From: Scenedesmus sp. PABB004
Lineage: Eukaryota
DNA length: 64,000 bases
Assembly: GCA_014905635.1 (NCBI GenBank)
Contig: JABVCE010000003.1
Span: forward strand, 248,001-312,000
Direction: 5' to 3'
In this document: positions 12,593 through 23,689 of the stretch, piece after piece
Layout of the letters: the number at the start of each line of letters is the position of its first letter
How positions within the stretch are numbered: the stretch's first letter is position 1
Notes under the pieces: generated by a model
Databases searched by the model: none
Seen by the model: only the letters and a program-made list of their open reading frames with translations
Told to the model about the DNA's origin: nothing
Program-made: the position numbers and the translations under genes

Positions 12593-15566
12593 TCACAGCC
12601 GCACGCTCCACCAGCCCTGCTCCGCCCACGCCGCGCCCGCGCCGCCCTCGCTGCCGCCCTGCGCTCGCTGCCCGCCGCCCTCGCCGGCCTCGCTGGGAAA
12701 CGCCGGCTCCCACGCCGCCGCCGACGCGCGCGCGACGGGCGCGCCAGCGGCGCGGCGTGGCGCCGCCAGCCCGGGTGCCGCGCCCTGCGCCGGCCCGCCT
12801 GCGTGCGCCGCGCCCTGCGCCGCGGCCACCACGCGGCCGGCCGCCGTGACGGCCGCCGCTGCGCCAGCGGTCATGCGCTGCAGCGCGGCGCGCGCCGCGC
12901 TGAGGCCGGCCGCCGGCGTCGGCGGCACCGGCGCCGGTGCCACCGGCCTGGGCGCACCAGCCTCGAGGCCGAGCTCGGCCGGCTGTGGCGGCACAGCTTC
13001 CCTGCCGCCCTGCCGAGGCGAGCTGTCGGCGGCGTGCCGCTGCGCCGCGGCGAGCTGCGCCGCCGCACCGCGCTCGGCGGCGGCCTCGCTGCGCCCGCTG
13101 CTGGCACTGCCGTCGCTGTCGCTGCCGCTGCCGTCCTCCTCGCTGTCGCTGAGGATGGGCGCCCGGAACGGCATGCGCATCGGCACCGGCGCGCCGCCCG
13201 GCCCCCGGCCGCGAGCGGCAGCGCGGCCTTGCCCGCCGGCGGCGGCGGCGGCGGCGGCAGGGAGTAGCTGCCGGTGCGTGCGTGGCCGCGGCCGCGCGGC
13301 GGCGCGCCGTCGCCCGCGGCGGCGCTGCCGCCGGGCGCCGCAGCTGCTGCCGCCGCCTGCTCGCCGCCGCCCGCCGACGACCTACGGCCGGGCCGCGCCC
13401 CGCCGCCGCTGCGCCGCCGCGGCGCGCGCCGGGCGCGCCCGCCGTCGCTGCTGGTCCGCGCGAGCGCGCCCGGCTCGCGCACCGCCTTGATGCCGCCGAC
13501 GCCGCCGGCGTCGCTGCCGCTGTCGGACGAGCCGACCTGCTGGCCCTCGTCCGCGCTGTCCATCGCGTCCGAGTCGGAGTCCAGCAGGATCGCCTGGTTC
13601 CTCTGCGCCTCCAGCTTCTTGCTGGCGCTGCGCGCGGGCGTCGCGCTGCGCCGGCCGCCCGGCTCCGCTCTGTCGGCGTCGCCCTCGAGCGGCCGCTGCT
13701 CCATGTTGGCCATCAGCCCGGCCTTGGGGTGCTCCCCCGCTGCGCAGCGCATGCGCGGGCGGGCGGGGCGGGCGCTGAGCCGCGCCGGGCCGAGCCGCAG
13801 ACGTCGGCGCGGCGGCGCGCGGGGAGTCGGTCATGCCAACCACACCTGCGGCGCCCGTCTGGCCGCGGTACTTCTTGCGCTTCACGTTGTCGGCGGGCCC
13901 GCCGTCGCTGTAGAGCACGTAGTCGCTGTACATCGGCGCAAACTGGCGGCCGCAGCGGCGCCGCGCGGCGCGTGAGCGAGGGCCGCGCGCGCGCGTGCGC
14001 GCGCCGCGCGCTGCGCGCGGCCGGCGCGCGCACCACGTGGATGGTGTCGTGCACCACGTCGCGCACGCTCGCCGCGTGCGCGATCGCGCCCCAGCGGAAG
14101 CGCTGCGTCGAGCCGCCGATGACGTACTCGCTCGCCGGGAACGCGGCGAGCAGGCCGACGCCGGCGAGGGCCATCTCGACGCAGATCATGAAGTTCTGCA
14201 GCGCCTTGCCGTCCTCGGGGTCGCTGATGTCGCCCGCGGTGTTGACGTAGCTGATCGCGATGCCCTGCGCGACCGCGCGGCGCCGGCAGGGCTCGCGCGC
14301 GGGCGGCGGCCGCACCCGGCTGCTGTGTGCGGCGGCCGCGGCGAGCGCCGGGGCCGGCCCAGCGCGGCGCGCGTGCGCTGCGCGCCTGCCAGAAGGTGAG
14401 GAAGACGACCGACTTGACGAGCACAAACTTGAGCAGCGGGTTGAACGGCTGCAGCAGCTCGCTCGCGCCGATCCAGAACAGCATCAGCCCGTACAGCGCA
14501 AAGGTGTAGCTCAGGTTGTAGAGCATGGAGATGTAAAAGTAGCTGCGCGGGCGACAGGCGCGGCGGCGCGCGTGGCCCAAGGCAAGGCGGCGCGGCGGCG
14601 CGCTGCGCACGCAGCGCGGCGCGCTGGCGCGGCGCGGCGCGGCGCGGCGCACCCGTTGGAGGGGCTCATGTCGCCGTCTGTGTAGGCGCCCGCGGCGTAG
14701 AGCACGACCGTGAGCGTGGCCATGACGGGCTTGAGCAGCACAAACTGCAGCGTGCCCTGCTTGCAGCGGCGCAGGAAGAAGCCGTCGACGTGCATCGTCG
14801 GCAGGCAGCAGGTCATGTGCGACCACGACGGGTGCACCGCCTTGCCCTCCGCCTTGACCACCACCGCGCCGGGGCCGCCCACGTACGCGAGCAGCAGCGA
14901 GCTGAAGTTGTAGATGATCCACGCCTCGTAGCTGCGCGCGCCCCAGGGGTGCAGGGCGTGCAGGCGGGGTCAGGCGCGGCGGCAGGCAGGCGCGGGGTGC
15001 GGCTCGTTGCCGGGCCAACGCCGCTGCTGCCAAGAGAGCTGGCGCCGCCGCTGCCGGCACTGTTGCCGCCGCCGCATGCGCCGCGCCGCGCCGCGCGGCG
15101 GCCGCCGCTGCGGCCCCCGCGCGCACCAGTCGCGCGCCGTGTCAAAGTAGATCGCGCGCTCCCGCCACTTGAGCGAGCAGAGCGAGCCGATGGCGTAGGC
15201 GGGCACCATGAAGATGATGCGAATGATGTAGCGCTGCGGCGGCGCGGCGCGCCGCGGGCGGGCGCGCGGTCGGTCGGCGGGCGGACGGCCTCCTCCAGCG
15301 GCGCGGCGCGCGCGCAGGCGGCGGGCGGCGGCGCCGCGCCGCGCACCTGGAACACCGGCTCCGTGTAGGTGCGCAGGTGGCACAGAATCTGCGGCGCCGC
15401 GGCGCCGCGGCGCGCGGGCGGGCGGTGAGCGCGCGCCCTGCCGCCGCCGTGCGCGCTGCCGCCGTGGTGCCTGTGCGCCGCGTGCGCGCGCCTGGTACAG
15501 CGACACCGCGATGCCCAGGCAGGCGAACACGGCCGCCGCCTCCAGGGAGGCGAGGCTGTGGAGCAT
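12593..15566 (-). CDS. TMEM184 / LAZ1 / OSTalpha-family transporter
   Basis: HLRTYTEPVFQRYIIRIIFMVPAYA..YFDTARDCYEAWIIYNF..CKQGTLQFVLLKP..KFVLVKSVVFLTFWQG..LQNFMICVEM. Long disordered C-tail with an apparent 1-nt frameshift near 13200, so the 3' end is uncertain (12593 or 12871). Confidence 0.88.
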
Positions 15567-16006
15567 CGCGCCGTTCAAGCTGGGTCAACGGGCGCGCATG
15601 CCGGCTCGGACGGGCCGGCGGCCGGGCGGGCTGCTGGAGGCCGTGCGGGGCCCCGGCGGTGCTGTCGGGGGGAGCCCGGGGTGTGCGGCGCCGCAGCCAC
15701 GCCTGGGCAACTGAACAGGTACTGCTCGCGCGTCGTGTTGCCGCGCCGCCGCCGCCGGGCAGCCTCGTCGTCCGGCGGCACGCTCACACCTTTCCGCCGT
15801 CCCCGCGTCGTGTCCCACGCCCCCGTAGCGCCCGCCCGACCGCCCGCAGCGCGGCAGCAGCGGCAGCGCGGCGCGCCGCAGCGCCCGCTGGCGTGTCGCG
15901 GTCCCGCCGGCGCCGCGGGCCCAGGCAGGAGCTAGAGGACCGCCTGGGAGGACCGCACGTTCGCCGCATGGCGTGCGGGGGCGCGGCGTGAGGGGGCAGC
16001 GCGGCA

Positions 16007-18856
16007 ATGAAGCGCCCGCGCTCGGCGCCGCCGCTGGTGGACGCCCTGCACGCGTGTCGGGGCGGGAAACGGTTCAGCTTTGCCACCTACAAGCTCCTGG
16101 CGCTGGTGCTGACCTTCTGGTGCTATTGCCTCTTTCACGCCACGCGCAAGCCGCCCAGCGTCGTCAAGAGGTGCGTCGTGGCGTCGTGGGCTCGAAAGAA
16201 CGCCACAGGGCCGTGCGCCCGGGGCCCACGCGGCCCAGCGGCGACGCGGGGCGATGGTTGGCGCCGCGCCCAGCCCAGCGCGCCCCTGGCGTGGCCCCCG
16301 GGCCTGCGCCGCAGCTCCCAGCGCGATCAAGCACACACCCCCTCTCGCTGCCCGGCCACTGCCAGGGCGGCGCGGCGCCGCCGTGGGCGCGGCCGAGTGC
16401 CGCTGCTGCTGCCGCTGCCGCCGCAGCGTGCTCAAGGGCGACCGGCAGCTCGGCAAAGCAGCAGCAGCGGACGACCCGCCCACCAATTATGGCTGGGCGC
16501 CCTTCAACGGCCCCAACGGCCAGGTGCGGCGCGGCTGCTGGCGCGTGCCGTGCCTCGGCGGCAGAGCGCTGGGCGGCGACGCCAGCTCTGGCGGCGTCAG
16601 CTGCGGCGCCGGCAGCGGCGCCGGCAGCAGCGCCGGCAGCAGGCGCCGAGCCGTCCCCCGCGCCGCCGCCGCGCGCCGCAGTCGCTGCTGGGCCAGGTGG
16701 ACCTCGCGTTCCTCGCCGCGTACGCGGCGGGCATGTTCTTCGCGGGCCACCTCGGCGACCGCACCGACCTGCGCCTCTTCCTGTCCGTCGGCATGGTCGG
16801 CAGCGGCGTCGCCTGCGCGCTCATGGGCATGGTGCGCGGCGGCGGCGCGCCGCGCGCGCGCGCGCCGGGCTCCCACGTGTGAGCGCGCTGAGCTGGTGGC
16901 GCGCCCGCCCGGCCGCCCGGCGCGCCGCAGGCGTACCTGTGGGACATCCACAGCATGCCCTACTTCATCTTCGTGATGGTGCGGGGGGGGGGGGGGGCGC
17001 GGCCGCCGTCGGGCGGGCAAGCATGGACGGGCGCGCACGGGCGGGCCGCCCGCCCGGCGCCGGGCGGGCCGGCCGCCGGACCCGCGCGGCCGCGCCACCG
17101 CCGCCCCGGCCGGCGCGGCGCGCAGGTCGTCGGCGGCGTGTTCCAGAGCACGGGCTGGCCGAGCGTGGTGTCGATCCTGGCCAACTGGTACGGCAAGGGC
17201 AAGCGCGGGCTGGTCATGGGCCTCTGGAACGCGCACACGAGCCTCGGCAACATCCTGGGCACCGTCATCGCGGCCGCGTGCCTACAGTACGGCTGGGGCT
17301 ACGCCTTCATCGTCCCCGGCGTCGCCATCACCGCGCTCGGCCTGCTCGTGGCCGCGGTGCTCGTCGTGCAGCCGAGCGACGTCGGGCTCAGCGCCGCCGC
17401 GGGCGGCGCCGGCGGCGGCGGCGGCTACGAGGCGGTCAAGGCGACCGACGGGGTGAGCGCCGGGCCGCTGCTGGGCCACAGCGGCAGCGCCGGCGCGCTC
17501 GCCGGCGCGGGCGCGGCGGCGGGCTTCAACGGCGCCGGCGGCAGCGGCCGCGCCGAGCCCGGCGGCGGCCACGGGCTGGCGGTCGCGGCGGAGCACGCGA
17601 AGCTGCTGCCGGACGGCGTCGCGCGCAGCAGCAGCGCCGCGCGGCACAGCAGCCGCGAGCGGCAGGACGCCGCGCGCGGGGCGGCCGCGGGCGGGGGCGG
17701 CGGCCGGCCGCCGCGGCCGCCCGAGCCGGAGCTGCAGGTGCGGCCCGGCAACGGCGGCCGCGGCGGCGGCCGCGGGGGTGGCGGGCGGGCGGCAGCACGC
17801 GACGTGCACGCGGCGGGCGGGGCTCCAGCGGCGCAGCGCGGCCGCCCCGCCCAGCGCCCCTGCCTCGCGGTCGGCCGCCCGCGTGCGCGCGCCGCGAGCC
17901 CCTCCCCACGCGCCCCGCCCGCCCCGCGCCGCCGGCCGCCCGTACCGCACCGCGCCGCGCGCCGCGCAGGGCTACGACGACGACGACGCGAAGGACAAGC
18001 CCGAGGCCGAGGGCGGCGAGGGCGGGGTGGGGTTTTGGCGTGCGTGGGCGATCCCGGGCGTGAGCAGCTTTGCGTTCTGCCTCTTCTTCAGCAAGCTCAT
18101 CGCCTACACCTTCCTCTACTGGCTGCCCTACTACATCAAGTCCACGCCCATCCAGGGCCGCCTGCTCAGCGCCAAGCAGGCGGGCGACCTCTCCACGCTC
18201 TTTGACGTCGGCGGCGTCGCGGGCGGCGTGCTCGCGGGGCACCTGAGCGACAAGAGCGGCGCGCCCGCGCTCGTCGCCGCGGGGTTCACCGTCGCGAGCG
18301 TGCCCTTCCTCTGGCTGTACCGCTTCTACGGCGCGGCGAGCCTCGGGCTCAACGTCGGGCTCATGATGGCGGCGGGCTTTTGCGTCAACGGGCCCTACGC
18401 GCTCATCACGACCGCCGTCTCGGCCGACCTGGGCAGCCACGAGAGCCTCGCGGGCAACGCCAAGGCGCTCGCGACGGTGACGGCCATCATCGACGGCATG
18501 GGCAGCATCGGCGCCGCGATCGGGCCGATGCTGACCGGCGTCATCAGCGAGGCGGGCGGCTTTGACGGCGTGTTCCTCATGCTCTACCTCTCCGCCCTCG
18601 CCGCGGGCCTGCTGCTCGTGCGGCTCTGCATCAAAGAGGTGACTGGGGCGCGGGCGCGGGCGGCGCGCGGCGGGGGCGGCGCGGGCGGCGAGGGTGGTGG
18701 GGGCGCGGGGGGCGGCGGCGCGCCGCGCCGGGCCGCGCGCCGAGCCGCTGCCGCGCCGCGGCCGCGCTCGCGCAGCTGCAGCACATGAAGGCGGACCGCA
18801 AGCTGGGGCTCGGCCTGCGCGTGTCGTCGGGCGTGCAGCTGGCCAGCAAAGCCTGA
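16007..18856 (+). CDS. Glycerol-3-phosphate permease (SLC37/G3Pp, MFS)
   Basis: [122 protein letters not shown]; 6 introns. Confidence 0.92.
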
Positions 18857-19018
18857 GCCGCGCCCGCTGCAGCGGCAGCGGGCGGCGGCGGGCGGGCGGC
18901 CTGGCGAAAAGTTGCGGCGCAGCGCTGCGGGAGGACAGGGCGAGAGCGTTGCAGCAGCGTGATCCGTCATCGGGGGAGCGAGCAGTTGAACCACACATCC
19001 GTCCCCGCGTGTCGTCAG

Positions 19019-19027
19019 GACCGTCAC
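19019..19027 (+). promoter_or_regulatory. Candidate promoter motif GACCGTCAC (also at 34918, 41341 and 43960 reverse)
   Basis: The same 9-mer occurs in four separate upstream regions. Confidence 0.35.
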
Positions 19028-19219
19028 AAGCGCAGGCGGGCCGAGCCGCGTGCGCGTGCCGCGCCACTGCAGACCGGTCTCGTCCTCGTGGGAATCCGTC
19101 TAGGCCAGGCAGCATGTGGGCCGCAGCAGCGCGCCGGCGCCCGTGAGCGCAGCAGCAGCGCGCCGCTGCGGCGGCCGGCGCGGACGCGGGGCGCCGGGAG
19201 CGGCGCGCCGGCGGTCAGC

Positions 19220-20312
19220 ATGTCGGGAGGAGAGGTTCCCAAGCCGGCCAGCGAAGAGCAGGGCCTCTGGGGCGAGGCGCGGGCCTCGCTGCTTAAGGGC
19301 TGCTTAATTTTGGCAGTGGCGGGGCTGGCGTTCGGCGCTTTCGTTCTGAGCATGCCACCGCTCAAGGTGGGCGCGTCGCCCGGGCCGGCGCGCGGCCCGA
19401 GGCGTGGCGGGGCAGCCGCGCAATGGCGCGGACGGGGCAGCCGCGCCATCGCTGCTCGAGCGCGGCTGCTGCCGCGCCGCAGGCGCAGGAGCTCGAGGCG
19501 CTGGTGGCCAACTTCCCTCCCTCCAGCCTTCCCGCCGTCGTCACGCTGCGGGACACGCTGCTCGCGTACGCCGAAGCGTACCCGGTGCGTGCGCGCGCGG
19601 GCTCCGCGCTGCCGCTGTGCCGCGCCGACGCCGCCGCGCGCCGCTCCGCCGCGCGCCGCAGCTGCGCGTCGCGGTGGGCATCCTCATGCTCTATGTGATC
19701 ATGCAGACCTTTGCAATCCCGGGCACGATCTCCCTCTCGCTGCTCAGCGGGGCGCTGTACGGAAACGCGCGGGGCTTTGCGCTCGTCGCCGCCGTGTCGA
19801 CGCTCGGCGCGTGCAGCTGCTACGGCATGTCGTGCCTCTTCGGGCGCCCCGTCGCGCGCGCGATCTGGCGCACGCGCCTCGACGACTTTCGGCGCGAGGT
19901 GCAGCGCCAGCGCCACGACCTGCTCAGTTACGTCGTCTTTCTCCGCGTCACGCCGCTGCTGCCAAACGTGTTCATCAACGTCGCCAGCCCCATCGTGGGC
20001 GTGCCCTTCCTGGACTTCCTGCTCGGTGCGCGCCGCGGCCGCGGCGGCGGCGGCGGCGGCGGGGCGCGCGCGGGCGGACCCGCGGCGCGGCGCGCGGCGC
20101 GGCGCGCGGCCGACCCGCGCCCCGCGGGCGGCGGCGCAGGCACGCTGATCGGGTGCGCGCCCAACAACTTTATTGCCGCCAACGCGGGCGACCACCTCTC
20201 GGACCTCGGCTCGCTCGCCGACCTCTACCGGCCCCGCACGCTGCTGCTGGGCCTGACCGTTGGCTGCGCCGCGCTGCTGCCGGTGTGGGCGCGCGCGCGG
20301 TGGCACTTGTAG
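19220..20312 (+). CDS. TMEM41-like DedA/VTT (SNARE-associated) membrane protein
   Basis: LYVIMQTFAIPGTISLSLLSGALYG..STLGACSCYGMS..YVVFLRVTPLLPNVFINVASPIVGVPF; 3 introns. Confidence 0.88.
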
Positions 20313-20617
20313 CGCGGGGCGGCGCGCCGCCGCGGCGTGCGGTTCGGCTCGAGCCGTTGTGACGCGGTTCTGCTCCGGAGCCTCGCGCCGCCTGACGCAG
20401 CCGCGCGGCGGGGTCATGACCCCGCCGCGATCTGACCAGATCGCAGAGGGCTCGCCGCCGCAGCCGCAGCCGCGCGCACGCTCCGCGGCCGCCGCCGCCA
20501 CAGCATCAGCGCGCGCCGCTGCGCGCGTCGCTGCCGCCCGTCCCCAGCCCTGCTCGGCCCGCTGCTGCGCCTGGCAGCACGCCCGCGCCCCGCCAAGGCG
20601 CTTGAAGCCGCAGCGAG

Positions 20618-21809
20618 ATGGCAGAGCAGTCGCTGCTCTGCCCGTTCTGCCCGGCCGGCGCCCGCCGCGCTGTCTTCACCTGCGCCGAGGCGCTCGCGCA
20701 GCACGCCCTGTCGAAGCACCCGGACGCGTTGGCCCTGGGTGCGCCGCGCGAGCGCGAGTTCTCCGTGCGCACGCACGCCGATGCCTGAGCGCCGCCGCGC
20801 CCGCGCGCGGTGCGCAGAGGAGGCGCCCGGCGTCAACGTGCACAAGGCGGCCCTCGCGCGCGTGCGGGAGCTGCTGGCGCTGGCGCAGGCGCCGGCGTCG
20901 CTCGACGCCACCCTCCAGGGGGCCGCGGCCGGGCCGGGCACGCCCGCGGAGGGCGCGCGCCGGCCGCCGGCGCTGGCGCCGGCGCCGGCGGCCGCCGCGC
21001 AGCCGCACGACCAGCGCAGCTGCAGCGACACGCGCGCCGGCCTCAGCCGCCTGCCCGCGGAGGTCCTCACGTCGCTGTGGGCGCACCTGGACGCCCCCGC
21101 CGCCGGCGCGCTGCGCCTCTCGAGCCGCGACCTCGCGCGCGCGGTGCTGGCGTGGCGCATCGCCGACGCGGGCGGGCCGATCGGCGTGGCGCTGGCGGCG
21201 CTGCGCAAGCTGCTGCCCGAGGGGCGCCTGGGCGGCGGCGACAGCGGCAGCGAGCAGGAGCGGCTCGAGCAGGAGCGGCCCGCCGACGGGGCGGGTGAGG
21301 GGGACGAGCCAGACCTGGCGGCGAGCGCGACCGTCACACACGGCGCGCGCGCCTACAAGCTGGCGGCCGTGCACGACCCGCGGCAGCTGGCCTTCCTGCA
21401 GCAGGCGCTCGGCGGCGCGCTCGCCGCCGGCGCGCCCGGCAGGCCCGCCGGCAGCACGGCGGCGCCACCGCTGGCTGGCGGCGCGGGCGGCGACAATGGT
21501 TGCCCCGCCGCGAGCGAGGCCGGCGCGCAGGGGGCGCGCGCGCCGGCGGTGAGCGCGGCGCTGAGCGTGACGCTGGCCGCGCCGTCGCGCGCCGCCGCGT
21601 GGGCGATGTGGGACGCGCTCACGGGCCGCGGCCTGCTGACGTTCATTGAGCGCGTGCTGCCGCGCTGCGTGGCGCTGACCGTGGCCGTGGGCGTCGCGTG
21701 GCCCAGCCCCGGGCCCCTCGGGTGGGCGGGGACGCAGGGGTGGGCCGCGGAGGCCCGCGGGTGGGCCGCGCGGATGACCGTCACCACGAGCGGCAGCGCG
21801 CCCTGCTGA
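20618..21809 (+). CDS. Hypothetical protein with N-terminal C2H2 zinc finger and F-box-like segment
   Basis: Exon 1 MAEQSLLCPFCPAGARRAVFTCAEALAQHALSKH (C-x2-C...H-x4-H); intron 20739-20817; exon 2 contains LSRLPAEVLTSLWAHLDAPAAGALRLSSRDL (F-box-like LP-E-L pattern). Confidence 0.6.
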
Positions 21810-21990
21810 CCCCTGGCCCGGTGGCGGCGGCGGCGGCGGCGCGCGCGGTCACCGCGAGTTGAATGCAACACGTGGCCGCCCTCACCGCCTCGGATCGCGC
21901 GCCCTCGCTCGCACGCCGCTCGCTCGCCCACACCCCCCTCTCGCTCGCTGCTCGCTCGCCCGTTGATCACGCGTCGCTCGAGGGTGAGCC

Positions 21991-23192
21991 TCAGGGGTAG
22001 ACCCACTTCAGCTCCGGGTGCTCGCGCAGCTGCTGCGTGATGCCCAGCTCCTCCCAGCGCCCCTTGGCGCTCCAGCCCTCGAGGCCGCCGGCGACCTCGT
22101 CCATCACGCGCTTGGCGTGGGGGTCGCGCTGCAGCGCCGCCCACCACGCGGCGAGCTTGGGGCGGCCGGCAAAGACGTCGGGCCAGCCAAAGTAGCGGGG
22201 CAGGATGTAGGTGCAAAAGACAAAGGTCGGGAACAGCGCCGAGTCGCCGGCGGTGATCGCGTCGCCGGCGATGTAATTGGGGCCGACGCAGAGGCCCTCG
22301 AGCACGTCGAGCTGCTTCACGAGCGCCGCGAGCAGCGCCGCGCGCTCCACCGGCTCCTGCTTGCGGTACATGCACGCCTGGCGGACGCGGCGGCGGGCGC
22401 GGCGCGGGCGCGGTGGTCGGCGCATTGTCGGCGGCGCGTCGTCGGCGCGCGTCGTCGGCGCGCGCCGGCGGCACGCTGTGCTCGGGCGGCGCGCGGCGCG
22501 CGGGCGGGCGGGCAGGCGCGCCGCGGCGCGCCTGGATGGGCGTGATGTACTGGTCGTGCAGCCGCGCCGCGAGGGCCGCGACCGCGCGCAGCTCGGGCGT
22601 CGCGGCGGTCATGGCCGGCCCGGTGCCCGCCCAGCGGTCGATCAGGTACTGGGCGATGACCTCGCTCTCGGGCAGCACGCCGCCGCCCGGGAGCAGCAGC
22701 ACGGGCATCTGGCGCCGCACGGCGCGGGGCACGGGCGTGGGCGAGAGGCGGTGAGCGGGCCCGGCGGCGACGGCGTGGCTCGAGCTGCAGGCGCGCGGCG
22801 CCGCGTGGGCGGGCCGCCGGCGCCAAACTGCTGCTGCAGGCCCCGCGGCGCGGGCCCGGGCGGCGGCGGGGGCGCCGGCGGCGGCGCACCTTCCCCTGGG
22901 GGTTGGCCGCCTGGTACTCTGCCGAGCCCAGACCCCCCAGCGCCGCGGGCGAGGCGATGTCGATCTCGCCCTCCAGGCCCTTGGCGTAGATGATGTGCCG
23001 CACCCGCGCGCCGTGGTTGCTGACGGGGACGTCAATCAGCGTGGGCTTGTCCACGCTGAAGGCGGCGCCGGCGGCGGCGCGCGGCGGCGCGGCCCGGCCG
23101 GCGCGCGCGGCGCCGCGCGCCGCCGGCGCGCCACGGAAGGGCGCGGCCGGGGCCCGCGCGGTGCGCTGGAGGAGGGAAGACGGCGCCGCCAT
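21991..23192 (-). CDS. Glutathione S-transferase family protein with plastid transit peptide
   Basis: SNHGARVRHIIYAKGL..YQAANPQGK|MPVLLL..LPESEVIAQYL..YIAGDAITAGDSALFPTF..PKLAAWW; 2 introns. Confidence 0.9.
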
Positions 23193-23655
23193 CGCGCGCG
23201 GCGGCGGGCGGCGGCAGCAGCGGCCGGCAGCGATCGGCAGCAGCGATCGGCGCGCGGCGCGGCCGTGCGTGCGTGCGTGCGTGGCTGCGTGCGTGGCAGC
23301 GGCCGCTGGGGCGGGGGAAGTACTGCTGGGGAGCACGGGCCGCCTGGTGCGCGGCGGCGCAGGCGGCGCAGGCGGCGCAGCAGCGAAGAACCGCTCGCGC
23401 CGACCGCCGGAGTCGCCGTGCCGCCAGCGTCCGCGCTGCCAGGCCTGCCGCCACAGTCCACGCCGCCCGGGCGCGGTGGCTCAGTCTTTCTTCTTCTTGC
23501 TCAAATTTTGCCGAGCAGAAAGCCGCGCCCTGGCCGTCGCTCGCGTCCCGCTCGCCCGCTCGAGCTGCTCCCGGGAGCGATCACAGCGACCAGCGCGACC
23601 GGGGGCGCGCATGGCCAGCGGGCGGCGCGACTGAGCGCTGCAAGGGCCTGCTCTC

Positions 23656-23663
23656 GCGCGAAT
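23656..23663 (-). promoter_or_regulatory. E2F-like site ATTCGCGC upstream of RFC1
   Basis: Fits the plant E2F consensus WTTSSCSS and lies 27 nt before the RFC1 ATG; a short motif, so chance is possible. Confidence 0.25.
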
Positions 23664-23689
23664 CGGCGCCGCTGAGGCCCGGGCGCGCC

